A stretch of 64,000 nucleotides of DNA from the NCBI RefSeq assembly GCF_000143415.4, contig NW_003314272.1, positions 2,381,728 to 2,445,727 of the forward strand. The letters are read 5' to 3'. This document shows positions 58,169-64,000 of this stretch, in pieces. Made by a program: the position numbers and the translations under genes. The stretch comes from Selaginella moellendorffii. Lineage: Eukaryota > Plantae > Lycopodiophyta. The notes under the pieces were generated by a model. It made no database searches and was not told the origin of the DNA. It saw only the letters and a list, made by a program, of their open reading frames with translations. The stretch's first letter is position 1, and every line of letters starts with the position of its first letter.

Positions 58169-60744
58169 TCACCTGAAATCATGAGAAGAACTACAAGTCA
58201 AGTTTACGAAGAACAAGAAGCGCGACTTCGCAGTTTTAGCAAGAAAAACGCAATCACTCACCTCTTGCGCTTGTTTTTTAGAGACGTGGACGAGGATGGA
58301 TTGCTGTGCCAGTTTCGCTTCCTCTGGTTTATAAACCAATTGTTGATCTGCTTGAGCTCCAATCCGGTCTCCTGGACAAGACGTGCCTTGTCATCTTCCT
58401 GGAAGAACGCGTAGAAATTAGAAGGCGAAGAAAAAATAAGCATAAACGATTCCATGCTTCTTCTTTCTTTCGGTTGTGGATCCAACATCTATCAATCTTG
58501 TCAATAGAGGCTCGCTTGTAGAAGCAAGCGTATGGGCGTAGAAAAGAAGAACTTACGGATGGATACGGCCATTTGGAGTGTGCATGCCACCACGTCTTGA
58601 GCACGGACGTTGTATCGCCTGGAAGCTTTCCGGCCCTGCGCTTTCGAAGAATCTCCTCGCGTACGTCGTTGATCTTAGCCTTGTATCCCTGCGTGGTCAT
58701 CAAAATTCGATTTTGTCACTCCAGAAAACCAAGGGAGCTTGTGTCGCTTTACCTGTTTTAACTCGATCTTGAGCTCGTGTCTGACGCGCTCCATGAGAGT
58801 CCGCTCTGTCTCGGTGGGGATGAGGGGCCCAAAGCCTGTGAAATCGTGGCCGTCCATCCCCGCGTCGTAGTAGCCGGAATCACTGTCGGCTTGCTGATCG
58901 TCCTCGTCCTCGGACATTGTCGCGCCAGTTCCCTCGCCGGGAGAAACGCCTGCAAGTTTTTTAGGATAAAAATTAGATTTTTCCTGATTTTTCCCGCAAG
59001 AATCCACTCGACCAAACCAGGAACACTGGAGAAAGCAGTAGAAAAAGCTGGCACTCGTCTAGAATTCTCTCGCTTGGAGGAGAAAGGAGGAGCTTTTAAG
59101 TCATGACTTTGAGTTATGGACGCTTCTTCTTCTTCTTCTTCTTCTTCTTCTTCTTCTTCTTCTCTTTGCCTTGAAGAAAAAGGAGGGAAGGATTGTCCTG
59201 ACTGACTTACTTTTTGACAAACGATCATAAGAAAATTGGAAAAGGAGGAAAAAAAAAAAAAAACCTCTCTTTTGGAGCGGCTTGTAAAGTTATGCTTGCC
59301 TGTTAGCGTGAACAAGGACTGTTCTAGCTCCCAGCATGCCACGACGGCTTCCATGGCGTGCACACGGACGTGTTGTTGGAGCTGATCCTTGAACGAGCGT
59401 AGCAAAGTCACATAGTGTGCCTGATCAGACAAGAAAAAAAAGTAAAGGAAAAAGAGAAAAAAAAAACACGCAAAAGTGTCGGTCAATGTAAAGTTGCAGG
59501 AAACAAAAAGAAAAAAAAAAAACGAAAAACACACTAAAACGACAAGAAAACCAAGAGAAAGAACAAGAACAAGAGCACGAGTCTAGCAGCAAATTCCTGG
59601 CCTTCGAATGGATTTGTAGGAGAAGAAGAATGCAGTCATGGAAAATAGCTATGCCAGTGTTTCTCTCTCTCTCTCTCTCACTCTCTCTCAAGTTCACGAT
59701 CTATCTAGAACTTCTTCTAGAGGGGGCGATCGACAGAGAACTTACCATGAATTCGTTCACTTCGTCCTTGTCTTTGCTGAGGCCTTGCTCGTTGGTCGCG
59801 AGGATGGAATACTTTGCAGCAACCTGGCTGGAATGCGCGAGCTGCGCGTCGATCTTGGGCAGCTGATCCACCGGCGTGGCGGTGCGCAGGCACGAGATGT
59901 GTGCCGACAGCAGCTGCTCGTAGAGCGGATGCGTGACCAAGTCCGCCTTGAGCCGCGCGCTCTGCCAGAGCTTGGAATCCATCCCCCCGCCGCCGCCACC
60001 TTGCTCCTCCGCCACCATGTCGCCGCCAACCCCGCCGCCACTGTTAGCGGTGTCCCCATGCAAATGCTCCAGAAACCCCTTGGCAGCGGCCGCGGCGGCC
60101 GCGGCGGCGTCGTGCGATTGCTCTCCAAGGTCCGTGGAAGTCACTTGCGGCTGAGGCATTGCCAGCCACTGACTGTAATTCGGAGCTCCCGCGGCCGCTA
60201 CTGGCGATGGCGATGGCTGCCGGGGCATCACTGCGTTGCTCAGCCATGTCGGGCCACTGGGAGCTAGTCCACCTCCACCTCCAGCCTTGTGATTCTTACC
60301 GCGCAGCAGTAGCAGCGAGGGATTCCTGCTATCCCCGCCTTGATCATCCTGATCTCCTCCTTCGTCTAGAGCTTGTTCCCGTTGATCCCGGCCGCCTCCA
60401 TCTTCTTCTCTCCTCCTCCCACCGCCGGCCTCCACAGCTTGCTCCTCCTCGTCGTCCTCGTCCTCCACCCCGCCATCGCCATCGTCGTCTTGCTGGCGAG
60501 ATCGAGCCCGCGAGGCTGTGGCATCGGTGGCGGCTTGATCTTTGGTGCTCCCGGCAGTGGCTATAGTGATCGCGGTGGAGGAGGTGGTGGTACCAGCATG
60601 CCTGGTGTCGCTCGCAGCGGCGGTGGAAGCATTAAATCTGGAAGTGGTGGCGCTGGTGGTGGTGGCGGCGGTGGACGCGACCACTGCCTCCTGGAGCTCT
60701 GTCAATTGCTGCAGTGACATATTATGGGGCAAGTTGAAAGCCAT
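58169..60744 (-). CDS. Class II KNOX homeobox protein (exons 60744-59746, 59420-59300, 58949-58753, 58688-58557, 58398-58262, 58172-58169)
   Basis: [25 protein letters not shown] (KNOX1), [20 protein letters not shown] (KNOX2), ELK domain, [22 protein letters not shown] (class II homeodomain). Confidence 0.96.
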
Positions 60745-61149
60745 AGCCTCGGGAACTCTACTTTAAAGGAGAGCTACGCGCACGATTTCCCCGCTACTGA
60801 CCGCTCTCCTTGAATTTCTCCCTGTCCTGGCCTTGTGTTCTTCCACACACCTGGGCTCCAAAGAACTACACTTAACGACCCTGTAAGTCTGCCACTGCCA
60901 TATCCTCTCTCCTTCTTTTCTTCCTTCCTTTTTCTCGTTTTAGCTTTCTGGCCAGAGGCAAGATGGAAGATTGAAAGCCGAGCAGCAGCGTCCAGCAAGA
61001 ATAAATCGCCGAAAAAATGGAGAAGAAAAGAAGAAAATGAGCTAAAGTTCAACTTGAGCTTGGATTTGAGAGAGTGAAGAGAAACCGTCAAATTGCCTGG
61101 AGAGATAAGTGGGGATTGATCCTAAAAGGCCGACTGTGCAAGATCTCGC

Positions 61150-61161
61150 GAGAGAGAAAGC

Positions 61162-61198
<37 letters not shown>
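61150..61198. repeat. (GA)n tract upstream of KNOX; also (TCT)n at 59123-59161 and (CT)n at 59662-59689 in KNOX introns
   Basis: Directly visible. Confidence 0.9.
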
Positions 61199-63684
61199 GT
61201 GGAGCTCGGGCTTTGGTCCTCTAGTTATTTGATCTCACCCTCTCCTCCTCCATATTTCTTTGGTGTGTAGTACGAGCTCTAGGTAGTTACTGGAGCCAGC
61301 AGCGTATGCCTGTACAAGACATTGGGTCAGACGGCATAGTGTGTGAAGTGACGACTTCTCTCTCCTCCTTATTTGAAAGCTTCCTAGCTATGGCGCTACG
61401 ATAGAAAAAGGATAAACAAGAGAGAAGGGAGGAAAGCCAGCAAATTTTTATATGTTTTTGCGGATGGAGGATTTGGACAGGGATGAGATGCGCTCACTCA
61501 CCTAACCATGGCTGCAAAATCGGAATTTTATTGTGGAGAGTGTTTGTGTTTTCTATCTGTAGAGATATACGAGGGAATTCGCTCGCGCGCGTGGCCAGTG
61601 TAGTGCGTGTGAACTTGATACCGCGATTAGCGATCGAGCGAGCGAGCAAGCCTGGGGACTGCAGAGAGAATCGGTGAAAACTTTCAAGGCTGCTAGATTG
61701 TGATGACGAAGAACATATACACGATCTTCTCTCGACACTGTCGTTGATTCCACGCGAGAGCCGGTGAGTGAGTGAGCTCTACCGACGCCAGCAATCTAGA
61801 CACTAAAACCCACACCGCTGGCGAGTGGAGGGGAGGGGGAATTGCGCAATCACGACTCACGAGCTGGAATTAGCGACGCGATCGAGAGAGAAAGGGAGGG
61901 AGGGAGAGCGGAGAGAATTTGCGCAGATCCCTTCGCGGTGGTGAGATTTGATTGCCCTAAAGGCCGAGGGAGGAGGAAGAAGAAAATGTCTGGCACAGCA
62001 TTCGAGAGATTATAGCTCCCCCAAGTGAGTGTGTGCAAAACAAAACAATCCCTCCGTTCGGACCACTTCCGTCCACGTAACAGAGCGAGACTGACGCGAG
62101 CTTTGACTTTTCGGCAGAAAACCCTAACGAACCGACGTGGCGAAACCCCTACCGTCCAGGGCCGGGAATCAACGGACGGACGCACATTTGGCGTACGGAG
62201 GCTCTTAAACGCCGGATGTGACGGGCGACGGCGGGGCGCCGTCCGACGTGGCGGCCGGTATCTGCCACCTGTCAGTCTGCCCGCGCGTGCCGGCCGGCGG
62301 GCTGTCGGTCCGAATCCCCGTCGGAAACCGGGCCGGCAGGTTCCTGCGGCGCAGCCGTACGCCGTGCGCCGTCCGTACTGGTAATGGCTGACCCTTCCAT
62401 CTTTTTTTTTTTGCTGCTTTTTCTTCAAGGAATGAGAGGAGGATTTGTTTTAGGCCGGATAGAAGATTGATTGACCGATTGGAGTGATTGATTGATTGAT
62501 ATCTTAATTGGAGAGGGTAGAATCGATTTGAAGAACTTTTGTTGTATAGTTTTTTGTATGGTAACATGAGTGGGCGCCCCATGATTCAAAGGCTCTTTGA
62601 GCAGCGTTTGTCTACTAGTGGTTTTCAAATGTTCTCGTGGGGATTTGCGAGCAAAGTTGACATTTTGTTCTTGGTCTTTGGCCGAGAGAGAGAGAGAGAG
62701 TCAAGCCCTAGAATCGAAATCTCTCCACGCCTCTATGCTCCTCTCCACCACCACCTACAGGAGGAGGAGAAGATGATGACATGTTATTGGGAAGTGGGAT
62801 GCCCCGAATGCGATTGAATCCCCAAACAAAAAGCCCGCGCTTGGGATTTGTATCTTTGGACAAAATGGTCTTATCAGCTGAAAGGGTCAGAACAAAAAAG
62901 TTTATAAAGAAATATCCCTTTTTCCCCTTCCATTTTTCTTCTATCTTCTTTTGCAACCAAACACATGATCCTGTTGAATGTGGGGCGGCTTAAAGTTGCG
63001 CAACCAACCAACCATGGAAACAAGCGTGTAATATTCGAATCGCATCGAAGGTAGGGCACTGCCGCCGGCCAAGAGCCCTCCTTTTTTTTTCAAAGCCGAC
63101 CTGTTTCCACGCCACCTACGCAGCCGATCGGTCGACCAAGAATTTGACAAACACAACACAAAACGTGGAAAGCGAAACCCGACTGTAGCCTGCGTACATA
63201 CGCATTTACGTATACACCAAACCAAAGCGTGATTGCCAAAAGGTGGTAACATGGAAAAAGGTGGCGGAGGCGTGGCTCTTTGGGCTGGCACAGCTTCCCA
63301 ATCGGGCAATTTGTGTAAGCTTTTGCAGGACACCCGCCGCCATCCATTCCATGCACTAAAAAGTTGCTTAAACGTATTTTTATCCTGTTTCTTTTTCTTC
63401 GGATATGTATATTCATTCACCTTGAAAGATCAGCGCCACCTTTTCGAGTTAAAAAAGAGCAAGCAAGCATTTGAGATTCCTTTCGCTTTCTGGTAGCGCA
63501 TCACATGCCCGTCTTTTAAGCCACAAATGAGCATCCCCAAAAGTTCCCATAAAACAAATGAGACGTCGTCCTCCCTTGTTTATTGTAATCGATGATACAA
63601 CAAAGAAGCGCCGGTACTCTTCTTATTTTTCCTTCGGCACCTCTGTACTCTCCTTCCACTTCCATCTCTCTTTCTAGAACGCTT

Positions 63685-64000
63685 TCACCCCAGGAAGTTT
63701 GCGTTTGGAGTACTGGTAATACTGGTCGCGCTGCCGTTCGTCGCCTTGTTGCTTTGCTGCTGCTGCTGCTTCTTGTGACTTCCTTCAGTGCAAAGGATGC
63801 ACCGCTCGCTTTGCTCCTCGTCGCTGCCCGGTGATCGGCCAGGACTCGTAGCCACTGATGAGTCCTGGAGGCACGTAACGTGGTAAAAGTGGCCGCAGAA
63901 GAAGGTTACCACTGCCACTCTTTGACTTGCCAGGAGGTCCGAGCATATACAGCACGGGCTCTTGCCGGCAACCACTGCCGTCCTGGAGGAGCTGTAGCGC
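63685..64000 (-). CDS. VPS41: C-terminal RING-H2 exon of a VPS41-like protein (runs off the window)
   Basis: CCICSDLL...VVTFFCGHFYHVTCL...RCILCT. Confidence 0.75.
   Translation of the reverse strand, partial: RYSSSRTAVVAGKSPCCICSDLLASQRVAVVTFFCGHFYHVTCLQDSSVATSPGRSPGSDEEQSERCILCTEGSHKKQQQQQSNKATNGSATSITSTPNANFLG

Noticed and set aside
61850-62428. GC-rich Arg-rich ORFs upstream of KNOX
   Set aside because: No protein-like features; probably regulatory intergenic sequence.

Overview
Eukaryotic plant genomic DNA, most consistent with the lycophyte Selaginella (inference from ~50-120 nt introns, compact GC-rich genes, Selaginella-style PLS-PPRs, a Tcn1-like chromovirus and non-seed-plant-type 5S motifs). 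Positions 1 to ~47.5 kb are a nested transposon island. It holds a non-coding LARD-like LTR family ('A'), an old Ty3/gypsy ('G0'), a full-length tRNA-Met-primed chromovirus ('B', TSD AGACT), a full-length self-priming Tcn1-like chromovirus ('C'), 5S-carrying Cassandra TRIMs, one intact PPR ORF and pseudogenes. Positions ~48.5-64 kb are gene-dense: unknown gene, F-box/kelch, dehydrin/LEA-like, TIC21, IBH1-like bHLH, CDC25/ACR2, class II KNOX and the VPS41 3' end. Main observations: (1) a 10.4-kb inversion (17689-28070) whose reversal restores three target-site duplications and two split reading frames; (2) once un-inverted, a DNA-transposon-like unit with an 8-bp TSD carries a spliced, decayed ParB/Srx-like + beta-class N6A/N4C methyltransferase-fold gene; (3) two clear and one possible ~50-nt spliceosomal-type introns in the integrase of chromovirus B; (4) a covarying double-T-loop RNA structure shared by B and family A; (5) a self-priming PBS and a -1 frameshift pseudoknot in C. 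All calls were made by eye, without database searches.
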